Shown here: positions 11,101 through 20,328 of the stretch, in pieces
Numbering within the stretch: the stretch's first letter is position 1
Layout of the letters: the number at the start of each line of letters is the position of its first letter
IMG/VR virus record: IMGVR_UViG_3300037851_000296
Coordinates: 1-46,780 of that record
Length of the DNA: 46,780 bases
From: a virus
Lineage: Duplodnaviria; Caudoviricetes
Strand: one strand, 5' to 3'
Program-made: the position numbers and the translations under genes
Notes under the pieces: model-generated
What the model was told of the DNA's origin: nothing
Seen by the model: the letters and a program-made list of their open reading frames with translations, nothing else
The model's database searches: none

Positions 11101-13006
11101 CAGACCCAAGGAACTTATAAGCATTACCACCGACAGGGGTAAGACCAACCGTAACCCCGCCACCCTGGTTTACTTCGGTAGCTATACCGATTTCGATATT
11201 TAGGGCACCACCAGTGGTAGTGATAGGAAGTGCCTCAGAGCCTTCATTCGCGTACCCGATGTTCGCGTTCAGAACCGGAGGGCCGAGCCAGGTTTTTCCT
11301 AGCGCGATGTCATCGAGGATAGCAGTTTCGTTGGTGCTGTTGCTTAGGGACCCGAATCCGAACTCTCTTCCGTCAGGTCCGGTGTTCCAGTTATCTGTCT
11401 GGTTACCAAGGGTTTCGTCAGGGGTAGAACCGTTGATATTGGAACCCCAGAACAGCTTCGCCTCTAGGTGCCCTACGGTTGCGCTGAAGACGAAATGTGT
11501 TTCTATCCTGAACTCTTCACCGGCGACGAATGCTTTAGTAGAAGTATATCTTGCGGTTGAACCGGAGTCTATAAGAGCAACGGTACCACCGGGAAGTATG
11601 CGAACACCAGCAGAGATGCTCAGTGGTGAGTTCCCTCGTACCCGGTAGAATATCTTGTTCGCAGAAGGAAGAGTAGTGAAACTGTGATAAGACCGAGAAT
11701 ATATCTCTGAGAGGGTACCGAAACTGTTCCATCCAGCATATGCGAGAGCAGAGGTTCCTCCAGTTGTCGCTTTACCTGCCTTTACTCCCTTGATGATGTC
11801 ACTGGTGGAATACGTGAGGGTAGCATCGGTTCCGGTGTTAGCGATGTCCAGAGGCGTGCCGCTATGGGTTTCACCTGTGATGACAGGCGACCCCTCTGTT
11901 CCGTTATCAAACGTCCATGAGCCATAGTAGTAAACCACCGCTGCCGCAGGCAGTGATGGTGTAACCGTAAGTGCTACCGCTGCTACGGTACGGTTCAGTT
12001 GTGCGGCGGGAAGACTCGGGGTGGTCGTAAGGACCGCTGCAAGGACCTGAGTATCGACCCGTGCCGCAGGAAGCGAAGGCGTTACGGTGAATGCCTGGGC
12101 TGTGACCTTTATATCGACACTCGCGGCGGGAAGGGTAGGAGTCGTCGTGAGCGCTGCCGCGAGGACCTGTTTGTCTATACGTGATGCTGGAAGGGTAGGC
12201 GTCGTGGTGAGAACGACAGCATTTATATACGTCGTTCCACCAGATACCTGAACTTCTGCTGCTGGTAGAGTAGGAGTAGTGGTAAGAACAGCGGCTGTGT
12301 GGGTGTAATCTATCCTCGCAGCAGGAAGGGTAGGAGTGGTGGTGAGAACAGCGGCAGCGATATAAGTATTCTCGTAGAACGCTGCTCCGAATCCCTGCCA
12401 TGTATCCGACGATATGGTAACGGTGGCGGCAACGTTTCCACCGCTACCATCTGTACGGTCATAACTCGCTGTCTGGTTCCCGTAGTCGTATTCACCGAGG
12501 TTCGTTACGTTCGTCGAAACTGAGCCAACAGCAGCCTCACCTGTATGGAACAGGAATAGAGCGACCGTATCGAGTCCCGTGCGGGTGGAGATGGTAACGG
12601 TTCCACCGTTGTTCGTTCCTGAACCCGAATCGTTTCCAGCGGTGGCTTCCAGAGAAACCGGAACAGGATTATCAGTCGTAACGGTAACACATCCGCCTCG
12701 ATACGAGCTAGCTCCTGTGTTGACATCAATATTAACTGTCTGTGCCCCGGAAGGGATATTGTTTGCGAGGAAGAAGTGACAGGCCGAATCATCTGCTGAT
12801 GCTGTGTGGAGCCTCGGTGACCCTGTTATCTCTGTCGCAGCAACACCACCGTACGTGATACTAGCTATGGGCTGAGCATCTGTCCGGTTCGTCGCGGCCA
12901 ACATGATGATGGCAGCACGGGGCGTACCCACCGGAGTATGGGTCCATGATTGGTCAGTGGTGCTGTTGCCTGAAGCCGCTGAATAAGCATCGAAGGCGAT
13001 GCCCAT
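8189..13006 (-). CDS. Large fibre/receptor-binding protein with a BNR/Asp-box (GH74-like) propeller and ~20-aa repeats
   Basis: 1605 aa; Asp-boxes (RSIDDGESW, RSNDYGATW, KSTDDGANW and others); 18 AxxLTTTPTLPAA repeats. Confidence 0.75.
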   Translation of the reverse strand: MGIAFDAYSAASGNSTTDQSWTHTPVGTPRAAIIMLAATNRTDAQPIASITYGGVAATEITGSPRLHTASADDSACHFFLANNIPSGAQTVNIDVNTGASSYRGGCVTVTTDNPVPVSLEATAGNDSGSGTNNGGTVTISTRTGLDTVALFLFHTGEAAVGSVSTNVTNLGEYDYGNQTASYDRTDGSGGNVAATVTISSDTWQGFGAAFYENTYIAAAVLTTTPTLPAARIDYTHTAAVLTTTPTLPAAEVQVSGGTTYINAVVLTTTPTLPASRIDKQVLAAALTTTPTLPAASVDIKVTAQAFTVTPSLPAARVDTQVLAAVLTTTPSLPAAQLNRTVAAVALTVTPSLPAAAVVYYYGSWTFDNGTEGSPVITGETHSGTPLDIANTGTDATLTYSTSDIIKGVKAGKATTGGTSALAYAGWNSFGTLSEIYSRSYHSFTTLPSANKIFYRVRGNSPLSISAGVRILPGGTVALIDSGSTARYTSTKAFVAGEEFRIETHFVFSATVGHLEAKLFWGSNINGSTPDETLGNQTDNWNTGPDGREFGFGSLSNSTNETAILDDIALGKTWLGPPVLNANIGYANEGSEALPITTTGGALNIEIGIATEVNQGGGVTVGLTPVGGNAYKFLGSVIDGAGFQNVIIKDTTRGYVWAGSDVAGVSRSLNHGRTWAATNAGLATDAHQRIASVYQSPTNPNILYFMATSTRTAGGAIYFFRSIDDGESWTRLTTTSTGWGPEAGGDVHPRQTGSLILQRTTDSNYILIGTFDGIKRSTNGGSSFTSRTLSGRNVTSIAQDPNADNTIYVTVDGGTNPGVYRVTNAYGPTGSATATQISSAFVTAQECVAVSESGVTMVYVAAGNSGIRKWNNNTSAWTDLTPADMDIATSVWSAIDVERVGSDTRILVGCCNPVADESETAWRESLFRSTNTGSSWDCISLSGNVNETITDSSGPQWWLVEGTDKDFYKLGKSVYDCASIVVDGSYAYSAGRSGIWWTENWLAATPEWYPAVDGLGATIERDVIAHSSNKDYVMVGDADWCIVRTSDGWQTAHRESLSALDDSTVDTAWKLTLDASNNVWAALGDGDTNSRGGLYKATTPFSAPSWTNERGTGFPSNRSVGVAVGQNGSSQEVVLIVSDGDGIYSRVAGGSWSEVFDIPATATANRHVEFAWNGTSQYVWCYYPEYGLLRSNDYGATWSRIWTKLSGTKHTGYLVKDPSANTLFLSAVDGVFKITNAHDGSIDASTGTIAQTEVGAASITSPGALTINSSGDLFVHDRPSSTEMSRLWKSTDDGANWDQITDVTYSQQALTIFALAYAANGDIYAATDGNATTRGQPIGSMLAVTLTTTPTLPAARIDRQIQAAVLTVTPTLPAANVTILINAVVLSTTPTLPAARIDNQILAAALTTTPTLPAATLNYTHTAVVLTTTPTLPAAEVRPSIIAVALQATPSLPAARIDLQILAAVLTTTPSFPAATVNDAGSGNINAVVLETTPTLPAGRIDYTLTAQVLTVTPSLPAAAVTAQLVAVVLTTTPVLPAARIDIAILAAVLTANPTLPAATITGAIAAVFAQAIAYLTIGHQAKASIELNRSTPSVERTVKAEASNG
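8330..8990 (-). repeat. Coding repeat block 2 of the fibre (11 x ~20 aa, AxxLTTTPTLPAA)
   Basis: Visible in the translation; boundaries approximate. Confidence 0.8.
11935..12365 (-). repeat. Coding repeat block 1 of the fibre (7 x ~20 aa, AxxLTTTPTLPAA)
   Basis: Visible in the translation; boundaries approximate. Confidence 0.8.
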
Positions 13007-13019
13007 AGGCTATCGCCCC

Positions 13020-13493
13020 CTAAGATACTCTGTAGAATCCAGAAGCATTGACGATAGCAGTAAGTGTCGTACCATCCGTAGTAACCGAGAAATCGTGGTA
13101 CGTCAATGGGATGATGTTACTGTTCACGTTCGTGCCCAATGGGTCATAGACCACGAGCAACTTCACGAGGGTGTTGTTAGTTGCTCCACCAGCACTCGTC
13201 CATTGAGGGTCCGGGATATCGTACTCCACAACGTTCGCAGAGTCATCAGGAGACGGTGACGTGATGTTCGTCTGGTCCCACCATACCCGAGCGTAGTTCG
13301 TGAAGTTAGCTTCGGTGTTAGACCCGGCAAGAAGGTCAGCAAGGGTATCGTAGTTATTGAGCGTATCGTCGGTTTCTGCCACCTTCAATAGCACGATACC
13401 GAGCTTGCTAGCACTCGCTCCACCGACCTCATCTACGGTACGGAACAGCTCTGCCGCACGTCCTTTAGCGATATTGAAGACGCCATCGGCCAT
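13020..13493 (-). CDS. Structural protein (fibre-associated), probable paralogue of 13506-13949
   Basis: 157 aa; C-terminal 'TDGTTLT...NASGFYRV'; AGGAG RBS. Confidence 0.6.
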   Translation of the reverse strand: MADGVFNIAKGRAAELFRTVDEVGGASASKLGIVLLKVAETDDTLNNYDTLADLLAGSNTEANFTNYARVWWDQTNITSPSPDDSANVVEYDIPDPQWTSAGGATNNTLVKLLVVYDPLGTNVNSNIIPLTYHDFSVTTDGTTLTAIVNASGFYRVS

Positions 13494-13505
13494 AGCTGGC
13501 TCCTC

Positions 13506-13949
13506 TCAGAATCGGAAGATACCTGAGGTAGACCAGACCAGAGTGACGTTCCCGCCGGTGAAAGCAGCACCGAGGCCCGTAGCGTCATCATGGTTCGAGA
13601 ACAACGGAGAAACGGTATCGGTGGTGTTGTAATAGAATATATCGTAGGATTCAGGAGCATCGCCCGTCAGAGACGTATACGTATGGTCGTCGGCGTCTAC
13701 CACCAACACGGATGAGCTTATGCTCGACGTGAAGTTAGCGATGTTCGACGTAGAAGCGAATGCAGGAATCTGTGCAGCAGAAGCACGGTCAGCTACATCA
13801 ACATCTGCTGTCTGAGAGATAGTGTCATCCGCTTCATCTACATAGAAATACCGCATAACACTGACGGTATCCCAGTTGATAGGCCCGGTCACATGGGTAC
13901 CGATACTACCAAGCAGCTTACGACCTTCATCGTAAATGAAACTCGCCAT
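13506..13949 (-). CDS. Structural protein (fibre-associated)
   Basis: 147 aa; C-terminal 'TGGNVTLVWSTSGIFRF'; GGAGG RBS. Confidence 0.6.
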   Translation of the reverse strand: MASFIYDEGRKLLGSIGTHVTGPINWDTVSVMRYFYVDEADDTISQTADVDVADRASAAQIPAFASTSNIANFTSSISSSVLVVDADDHTYTSLTGDAPESYDIFYYNTTDTVSPLFSNHDDATGLGAAFTGGNVTLVWSTSGIFRF

Positions 13950-14443
13950 CAGTTACCTCCATTGAGTTTATATATCGTGCGTTTCTCACGCTTCTTCGCC
14001 ATCTGTTTGCGGTCATCCTCCTCAAGCGCCTTCTCGAAGATAGGAGTGAATGGTTTCCATATCTTATCCCGTGATTGATACTGGTTCATCTCTGGTTGGA
14101 TGCTGATAGCACCATCTATCTGACCATTCACCTGGCGTCTTACGATACGACTACGGTCTTTATCGACCGCACCGATACGCAGGTTCGGAGGGTTCTTTAC
14201 CTCATTCACTACTTGGAATCCGGCGAGTTGAAGATGGTCCTTCCATTTCTCCCAACTGACCGTATTGAGGATGGTATACCCTTCGGTATCTATATCGAAA
14301 TGTATCGCTTTATTATCGTGAAACTTTCCACAGTTGTTACAGGTCTTCGGTTGTGGGTAAGGCTTAGGAAGTTCTACTACGAATGTCAGGGTTGTGTCGA
14401 ACCCTGCTCGAAGGGTATCATGGCGAAGCCGTACACCTGGCAT
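13949..14443 (-). CDS. Hypothetical protein with CxxC..H
   Basis: 164 aa, translationally coupled. Confidence 0.6.
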   Translation of the reverse strand: MPGVRLRHDTLRAGFDTTLTFVVELPKPYPQPKTCNNCGKFHDNKAIHFDIDTEGYTILNTVSWEKWKDHLQLAGFQVVNEVKNPPNLRIGAVDKDRSRIVRRQVNGQIDGAISIQPEMNQYQSRDKIWKPFTPIFEKALEEDDRKQMAKKREKRTIYKLNGGN

Positions 14444-14895
14444 CAGACTATGAACTCCGTTCCGGGAAGTCTATCGAACTCGACAACCACCAATGTAGGT
14501 GGTCCGTAGTTACTGTTCGCACCTATACCTGTGGTCGTACTGCGAACCCTCCAACCAGGAGAGAGAAGCACGGCATCGGGTAGCGGAGCGGTTGCCCATA
14601 TGTTCGGCGTAGAACCTGTCAGGTCCTTCGCTTGAAGTCCACCACCCCAGTGGTACCTAGCGGTAGTGGAAGCTGATTGCGCGGTAGTCGCACCCGCAAC
14701 CAGTATCTGAGTGTTCGTTCCATCGTCGATGATGAGGGTTGGCTGAGGAGTCTGTGTGGCACCTTGTACCATCGTGACAGCGACCGTCAGTAGCTGCCAA
14801 TATTTCCCCGCTGGTACGGTTTCTGAGAACTCCGTGTTCGCAGCAACGTCGGTCCCCGTGACTATCCTTAGAACCCCCTGTCTGCTCCCGCTCAT
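14443..14895 (-). CDS. Putative virion structural protein
   Basis: 150 aa, T/G-rich beta protein, AGGAGG RBS. Confidence 0.6.
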   Translation of the reverse strand: MSGSRQGVLRIVTGTDVAANTEFSETVPAGKYWQLLTVAVTMVQGATQTPQPTLIIDDGTNTQILVAGATTAQSASTTARYHWGGGLQAKDLTGSTPNIWATAPLPDAVLLSPGWRVRSTTTGIGANSNYGPPTLVVVEFDRLPGTEFIV

Positions 14896-14903
14896 ATCTC
14901 CTC

Positions 14904-15338
14904 CTAGTCAGCGGTCGTCAGCATCCCTTGCTTGATGAGAGAAGGCTTATGAGTACCGCAGAACTCCTGACCAACGAGAGCCTTGTTCTTACACTGCCGT
15001 ATCTCACCGTCCTTGGTGATGAAGTGTCCACAGCGAACCTCTTGCGGTCCGGAACCGACGTTCACGTTTAGACCCTCAGGCGTCGTTTGTCCAGGGGCTA
15101 GCCATAGCCGGTACCCGAAATCCTGGTGACCCAGGAGATACTCCTCCACCTGCTTACGCTCTTCGTCCGTCCATCCGAGGGTCTTCTGGGCAGCTTCCGT
15201 ATCGAAGAGTCTATCTCTTCCACGGAACTGCGCGCTCAGCCCTGGAACAGGCGTGACCTTACCGGAAACAGGGTGTACCTGTTCCCACTTCGGCCTGACC
15301 ACGTAAGTCATGTTCTCCCAACGGGACATAAATATCAC
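14904..15338 (-). CDS. Hypothetical protein with a C-terminal C3H-type Zn finger
   Basis: 'RCGHFITKDGEIRQCKNKA....FCGTH' motif. Confidence 0.6.
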   Translation of the reverse strand: MIFMSRWENMTYVVRPKWEQVHPVSGKVTPVPGLSAQFRGRDRLFDTEAAQKTLGWTDEERKQVEEYLLGHQDFGYRLWLAPGQTTPEGLNVNVGSGPQEVRCGHFITKDGEIRQCKNKALVGQEFCGTHKPSLIKQGMLTTAD

Positions 15339-15353
15339 AGTAAGGTCCTTTCA

Positions 15354-15776
15354 TCAATAGCCCCAGGCCACCCAACGGAGCCCGGTGACAGCAGAGAGGT
15401 TCGTGCCGTTGGTTACCTGAGTCACGAGCCCATCGGTATATCCCAACAGCTTCTTGTTCCCGGTATCGACGCTCACCGTACGGACCGCAGCCACGTTCGG
15501 TTGCGTGAAGAGAGCACCGCTGAGAACTCCCCCAGGGAAAGCGTCCCATAGCGCAGTTATATCTTCACCACCCGTAGGGTAGGAAGAATCGAAATCGAAA
15601 GTTCCCGTCAGGACAACAGGGCGCTTCCCGGCGGTCGTAAGGCCACGTATAGACCCACCGATGCCGCGAACCTCACGGCCCTGCCCTGCGTGTCCAGGTA
15701 CCTTTGTGGAATACTTCGCGTCACCAGCGAGAGTGTTATCCCATACGGTCCCGTTATCGAAGTTTATCTTAGCCAT
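15354..15776 (-). CDS. Putative capsid decoration/cement protein
   Basis: Directly after the MCP; 'FDSSYPTGGE' motif and C-terminal 'AWGY'. Confidence 0.6.
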   Translation of the reverse strand: MAKINFDNGTVWDNTLAGDAKYSTKVPGHAGQGREVRGIGGSIRGLTTAGKRPVVLTGTFDFDSSYPTGGEDITALWDAFPGGVLSGALFTQPNVAAVRTVSVDTGNKKLLGYTDGLVTQVTNGTNLSAVTGLRWVAWGY

Positions 15777-15792
15777 ATCGTCTCCTAGGATG

Positions 15793-15822
15793 AGAAGGGC
15801 GGGAGCGGGTGCCCCCGCCCTG
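15793..15822 (-). terminator. Hairpin after the major capsid gene (terminator/stabiliser)
   Basis: GGGCGGG/CCCGCCC stem followed by TTCT on the minus strand. Confidence 0.5.
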
Positions 15823-15833
15823 AACTCAGACGG

Positions 15834-17054
15834 TTATGCCGTCACATTCTTCAGGATTCCGTGCACCTCAGGAGTCACGACCTGAAGACCGCTCTCCGTA
15901 AGGTACTCGTCAATCCAGCCGTCGGTGCCGTTACCCTGACGGTCGATGAGAAGCTTCGTAGAGCCGTTCGAGAACGGACGGTACATCAGCTTACTGACAT
16001 CAACAGCCAGAGCCCAGGAACCCCAGCCCTGCCCACCGCCAGGACCGTTCTCCAAGAGCCGGTGCTTTATGATGTTGAGCGTACCGTGCGAGGTGAGCCA
16101 CTGCTTCACCGCGATACCGTACGTCTTGTCAGAAGGCACAGTCTGAAGACGGGCAGCAGCAAGCTGGTCTAGAACAGAGATGACACCCGGCGCTGCGAAC
16201 AGCGTACGGGAATCATTCGCCGAGGTCTTGGAGAACACATCCTGAAGCCAAGTCTCAAGCTCAGCCTCCGTCAGTGTTCCACCAGCATCCTTGACCTGCA
16301 TCGAGCCGTTCCCGAACCCCGTGTCGAAGTTCACGAAACCACGGGTCGTGCGCCGAGGGGCACCAGCGGCACTGGTGTCCTCATAGCCTTCCCCGAACAG
16401 GAACGCACGCTCGATGTCTATAGCGTGTTCGATGGCCTTCTCTGCACGCTGGGTCTCTCGGTTCCCGCCGAAGTACGACTCGGACCCCTCACGGGTACGG
16501 GTCGCGCCGAAGGGACGCCGGAATATCTGCGTGAAGTTGGAGACCTGAACGCTCTGCCATTCATCAGGGTTCTGCACGTTCGCACCCTCGGGGTACGCAG
16601 AACCGATGATGAACAGTGAGTCGTTCGTGGACGTAGATGTGGCACCAGTGGTTCCAGCCACCCCACGCACGACGGTCCAGTCACTCGCGGCAACAGCCGT
16701 GATTCGCATGATTTCACCAGTGGACGGGTTCAGGGCGAGGTCATTGACCTGACCGTAGAGCCCGGTGTTGGTGGCAACCGGAATGGTAGTCGTGGTGTTG
16801 TTCACGGACGAGCTGAGGTTCGTGAGCTTGGGGCGGAGGGCCTTCTCATACCACTCGAAACGAGGGTTCGTGGCGACCTTGGACCCCGCCTTCTCCGACA
16901 ACAGCGTGAAGGGAGAGGCGGAAGGGTCAACGTAGAACACCTTAGGACCAACGTCACGGACCAGGATGGTCGTCGTGCTGTTGAAGCCAAGGGTTACATC
17001 GGTACCTAGACCCATAGGGTCGCCAGTTGAACCCTGCTTGATGGTAACAGGCAT
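15834..17054 (-). CDS. Major capsid protein (DUF5309/SU10-like HK97 fold)
   Basis: 'FEWYE', 'NFTQIFR', 'DIERAFLFG' and 'YLTESGL' motifs; ATG 17054 with AGGAGG RBS; follows the scaffold gene. Confidence 0.85.
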   Translation of the reverse strand: MPVTIKQGSTGDPMGLGTDVTLGFNSTTTILVRDVGPKVFYVDPSASPFTLLSEKAGSKVATNPRFEWYEKALRPKLTNLSSSVNNTTTTIPVATNTGLYGQVNDLALNPSTGEIMRITAVAASDWTVVRGVAGTTGATSTSTNDSLFIIGSAYPEGANVQNPDEWQSVQVSNFTQIFRRPFGATRTREGSESYFGGNRETQRAEKAIEHAIDIERAFLFGEGYEDTSAAGAPRRTTRGFVNFDTGFGNGSMQVKDAGGTLTEAELETWLQDVFSKTSANDSRTLFAAPGVISVLDQLAAARLQTVPSDKTYGIAVKQWLTSHGTLNIIKHRLLENGPGGGQGWGSWALAVDVSKLMYRPFSNGSTKLLIDRQGNGTDGWIDEYLTESGLQVVTPEVHGILKNVTA

Positions 17055-17128
17055 ATAGCCTCCTATCAAACATAGTGGGTTTCTGACGATATTCAGGTAC
17101 CAACCGAGGCCGCAAGCGGGTAAATCGG

Positions 17129-18199
17129 TTAGAAGAAGATGCTACCCTTCTGGGTCCTCTCATTACGGAGAGCCAGAACAGCAGCATCGAACTCATCCAG
17201 CGGTCGCTCATCCTTCGGAGGCGCTGCGCCCGTGGCCTTCTCAGCGACAGGCTTCGTAGGAACACGCCGTTGCTGCGTGGTGGGTTTAGGCTTCTCTTGG
17301 GTGAGTCGAGACTCAAGTATCTCTGCTTGAGCCCGAGCCAAGAGCATACCATCTTCAGACTCCACGTAGGACGGGTTCAACTCTAGAACCTTCTGCAACG
17401 CCGGACGCTGGGACGCCTCGTACGCAATCTCGTAGTTCCCAGAATCCGTGAGGTCTAGGGTCCAACCCTCAGACTCCCATGACTTATGAAGCGTCACGAT
17501 GGTCTCAGCGATACGCGAGTCCTCCTCGCTATCAGGCTCAATCTCAGGATGAGCCGAGAAGAACTGAGACAACGCATCGGAAGCAGCACGTGCCGCTTGC
17601 TCTTCGGCGGACTGCTGGTTCCTCTGTTGTTCCGCTTCCATGAGTCTGGTCTGAATCACCTGGTCTATGAGGGGCTTGACCTGAGCAGGGGTCAAAGCCG
17701 TATTCTCTTCCCAGGGCCACTGTTGCTCGCCATCAGCAGCAACAGGTTTCTGTTGCTGCTGCATATATTGCTGGATAGCGGGCACAGCTTCTTGGAGCGT
17801 CTTCTGAAGTTCGAGAGCCTTCTGCTCGACCATCAAACGTTGACGCTCTGCTGCCTTCGCACGTTCTGCCGTCCTGCGCTGAAGGTCACGTAGTTCCTTA
17901 TAGCCCTTCTCAAGCTCTTCGGCACTCGTGTATTTACCAGCCCACCGATGTTCCTCTACGGAAACCTCTTCAGGTTCCTCGACGACAGGTTCTTCGGTCT
18001 CTGGTTCCGCTTCCTGTGGTTCTTCGGCAGTAACGACAGGCTCCTGTTCAGCCTGCTCGGAAGCGGGTTCCTCCTCTGGATATTCCAGTGGCAGTTGCAA
18101 CTGCTCTGGCTCGCCGGTCTCCTCTGCCGAGGGCGGTGTATCCCGGAGGAAATCTAGATTCTCGTTCTCATCAAGGTTCGTCAACCCGAATACGTCCAT
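17129..18199 (-). CDS. Capsid scaffolding/assembly protein
   Basis: Acidic E/P-rich N-terminus; 'WAGKYTSAEELEKGYKEL' motif and coiled coil; lies between portal and MCP. Confidence 0.75.
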   Translation of the reverse strand: MDVFGLTNLDENENLDFLRDTPPSAEETGEPEQLQLPLEYPEEEPASEQAEQEPVVTAEEPQEAEPETEEPVVEEPEEVSVEEHRWAGKYTSAEELEKGYKELRDLQRRTAERAKAAERQRLMVEQKALELQKTLQEAVPAIQQYMQQQQKPVAADGEQQWPWEENTALTPAQVKPLIDQVIQTRLMEAEQQRNQQSAEEQAARAASDALSQFFSAHPEIEPDSEEDSRIAETIVTLHKSWESEGWTLDLTDSGNYEIAYEASQRPALQKVLELNPSYVESEDGMLLARAQAEILESRLTQEKPKPTTQQRRVPTKPVAEKATGAAPPKDERPLDEFDAAVLALRNERTQKGSIFF

Positions 18200-18486
18200 T
18201 CCTCTTCCTGTTCTTGCAGACGGCTTCTCTCTTGTTCGAGTTCCCGCTTTATCGAGAGAAGGTGGCGTACTAGCTTTATCTTGGAACGGTTATCGGCATC
18301 ATCCTTTCCTGTGATGAGAGCATCAATCGCATCACGTTCTATCTTCTGAAGTCTCCGCTCGAAGAGTGGCCAAGCTTCTGAGTAATACAGTGATAGCTCG
18401 AAATCTACTTCGGCGACCTGTCGCCTGAGTTCTTGTAGACGACGTTCCTGGTCTTCTACGTCTTCGAGGGTTTCTCGTAGGTCCAT
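18181..18486 (-). CDS. Small coiled-coil protein downstream of the portal
   Basis: 101 aa, coupled to the portal gene. Confidence 0.65.
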   Translation of the reverse strand: MDLRETLEDVEDQERRLQELRRQVAEVDFELSLYYSEAWPLFERRLQKIERDAIDALITGKDDADNRSKIKLVRHLLSIKRELEQERSRLQEQEEEWTYSG

Positions 18487-20324
18487 CAGCCTGCCATCAT
18501 CTGTTGGAGTATCTCAGGAGGAATCTCTTGGTTCCCGTTCTGCGGTGGTGTTCCTTCCGCAAGTGGAGAGGGTCCCGCCATGGGCATAGGTGTCGCTATG
18601 TACCGTTCGGTGTCTTTCCTTCCGAAGCTCCTCAGCACGTCTTCGACGAGTTCTTGCTGGTCCACGATAGGGTTCCCTGCGAGCATGTTGTAAAGGGCGA
18701 GGGTCTGTTCCCTGCGGACGGTCTCGGTCTGTGCTGAGGATTCAGACTCGATACGATAATCGAACGCACCCTGTATAGACTCTGCCGTGATGGGCACGAA
18801 TGCAGCCTGACCATCTTCGCCTATCAGCCGAATCTGCATCTCCTCTGGCATAAACTGCTGCAATATGCAACCGTACTGGTACGCTAGCTTCTTCAACCCG
18901 GTGATTTCTGAAACCTTCAGTTTCAACGAGAACCTAGTATTGCCTTGTTCAGAGATGAGAGCGACACCGGTAGCGGTACGGTTCAGGTTCGATGAGGTGT
19001 CTAGACCCATCTGGTACGCGGAAACCCCGCTGACCTTCTCGGAAATCCTCTCTACCTCGGCGGCTTCCTGATAACTCCCTGCGGTGGCGTCGCCGAGATT
19101 TATCTCTTTCACCACATCGTTCACAGGCATCCCGTCTTCGACCCGGATTACCCCTCCGGGTCGGCTTGAGAGGTCCTTCATATCCTTGATGTAGTTCGTA
19201 CTGACGGCGTACATCTTGTTCATCGTCAGTTTCACGTTATCTATACGACCGTTCCACAGAGCGTTGAGGGTGTGTTGGATACCTTCCTCGGGTTCTAGTT
19301 CCCCTATGCCCCAGAACTCATGCGGAACGAGGTGGTCCACCAGACGTATGAAAGGTTTCTGGGCGTGAGCGTAAGGGTTCTTCTCCGCACGCACCACGAG
19401 TCGTCTACCGACGACGGCTACGACCACTTCATCGGTCCAGAGTTCGAGTATCTCTATGAGACCTTCGGTATTGACCGTACCAGATGGAGAAAGTCCTACA
19501 GAAGCCAGTCGTTCCGCCATAGGGTAATCGTAGTTCGTGAGGAACGCAGACCATTCCTCGCCAGCGGGGAGCTTGTAAATCCCCATCTTCGCCATCTTCT
19601 CGATATGTTCGCGGTTACGGAACACTTGATGGATAACGTAACTCGCATCGTCGATGGTCGCGGCCTCGGGTGAAGGGAAGAACTGTGCTATATCCACACA
19701 TTCTACGGTAGGGCCAGCGTAGTTGATGAACTCCTCACGGGCCATCTCCCATTCCCCTGTAGGACGTTCACCTACCTGTCGTTCTCCCATCACCTCCCGT
19801 CCCGTGAAATCCGTTACCCCGGTGTTTATCTGTTGGAGTATGGGTTCCATCACGCTTTGACGGGTCATACGGTAGCTGGTCTTCTCTTCGTACGCGGTCT
19901 TGAGTATCCCGGTTCCGTACATCAAAGCTGACTTGAACCCCTCGACGAGAGGGAGGTACGCCTCTGAGCGGTCTATAGCCCAAGAAAGCAGGGTTTCCAT
20001 CTGTTCGGCCCCTGCTTCGTCTTCCGGCCCCTCAGGGTACACGTTGAACCGTGGCATCTGTGCCACGAGCTTGGGGAGTATGGTCTCGATGAGGTAGAAG
20101 CTCAGAGGGAACCACACGTTACTACGCCATTCTCCCTGTTTCCGTTTGGGAACGTAGCTGCGGTACATCTTATAGAACCGACGCCAGCGGGCCATGTGTC
20201 CGGTCTTCGCGGATTCCGCATCGGTGAATGCTTTGAGGACCCAGGTGAGGAGGTCTCGTTGACCTTCTTCCGTAGATGGGTAAAGGTCCTCGGATGCGCT
20301 GTTGAGGTTCAGGGGTATATCCAT
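18486..20324 (-). CDS. Portal protein (P22/SU10-like)
   Basis: 612 aa; 'ALMYGTGILK', 'FFPSP.A', 'EFWGIG' and 'RTATG' motifs; follows terL. Confidence 0.9.
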   Translation of the reverse strand: MDIPLNLNSASEDLYPSTEEGQRDLLTWVLKAFTDAESAKTGHMARWRRFYKMYRSYVPKRKQGEWRSNVWFPLSFYLIETILPKLVAQMPRFNVYPEGPEDEAGAEQMETLLSWAIDRSEAYLPLVEGFKSALMYGTGILKTAYEEKTSYRMTRQSVMEPILQQINTGVTDFTGREVMGERQVGERPTGEWEMAREEFINYAGPTVECVDIAQFFPSPEAATIDDASYVIHQVFRNREHIEKMAKMGIYKLPAGEEWSAFLTNYDYPMAERLASVGLSPSGTVNTEGLIEILELWTDEVVVAVVGRRLVVRAEKNPYAHAQKPFIRLVDHLVPHEFWGIGELEPEEGIQHTLNALWNGRIDNVKLTMNKMYAVSTNYIKDMKDLSSRPGGVIRVEDGMPVNDVVKEINLGDATAGSYQEAAEVERISEKVSGVSAYQMGLDTSSNLNRTATGVALISEQGNTRFSLKLKVSEITGLKKLAYQYGCILQQFMPEEMQIRLIGEDGQAAFVPITAESIQGAFDYRIESESSAQTETVRREQTLALYNMLAGNPIVDQQELVEDVLRSFGRKDTERYIATPMPMAGPSPLAEGTPPQNGNQEIPPEILQQMMAG

Positions 20325-20328
20325 AAGC

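Noticed and set aside
8330-12365. DGR template/variable repeat pair in the fibre
   Set aside because: Differences are mostly synonymous rather than adenine-specific, and there is no RT
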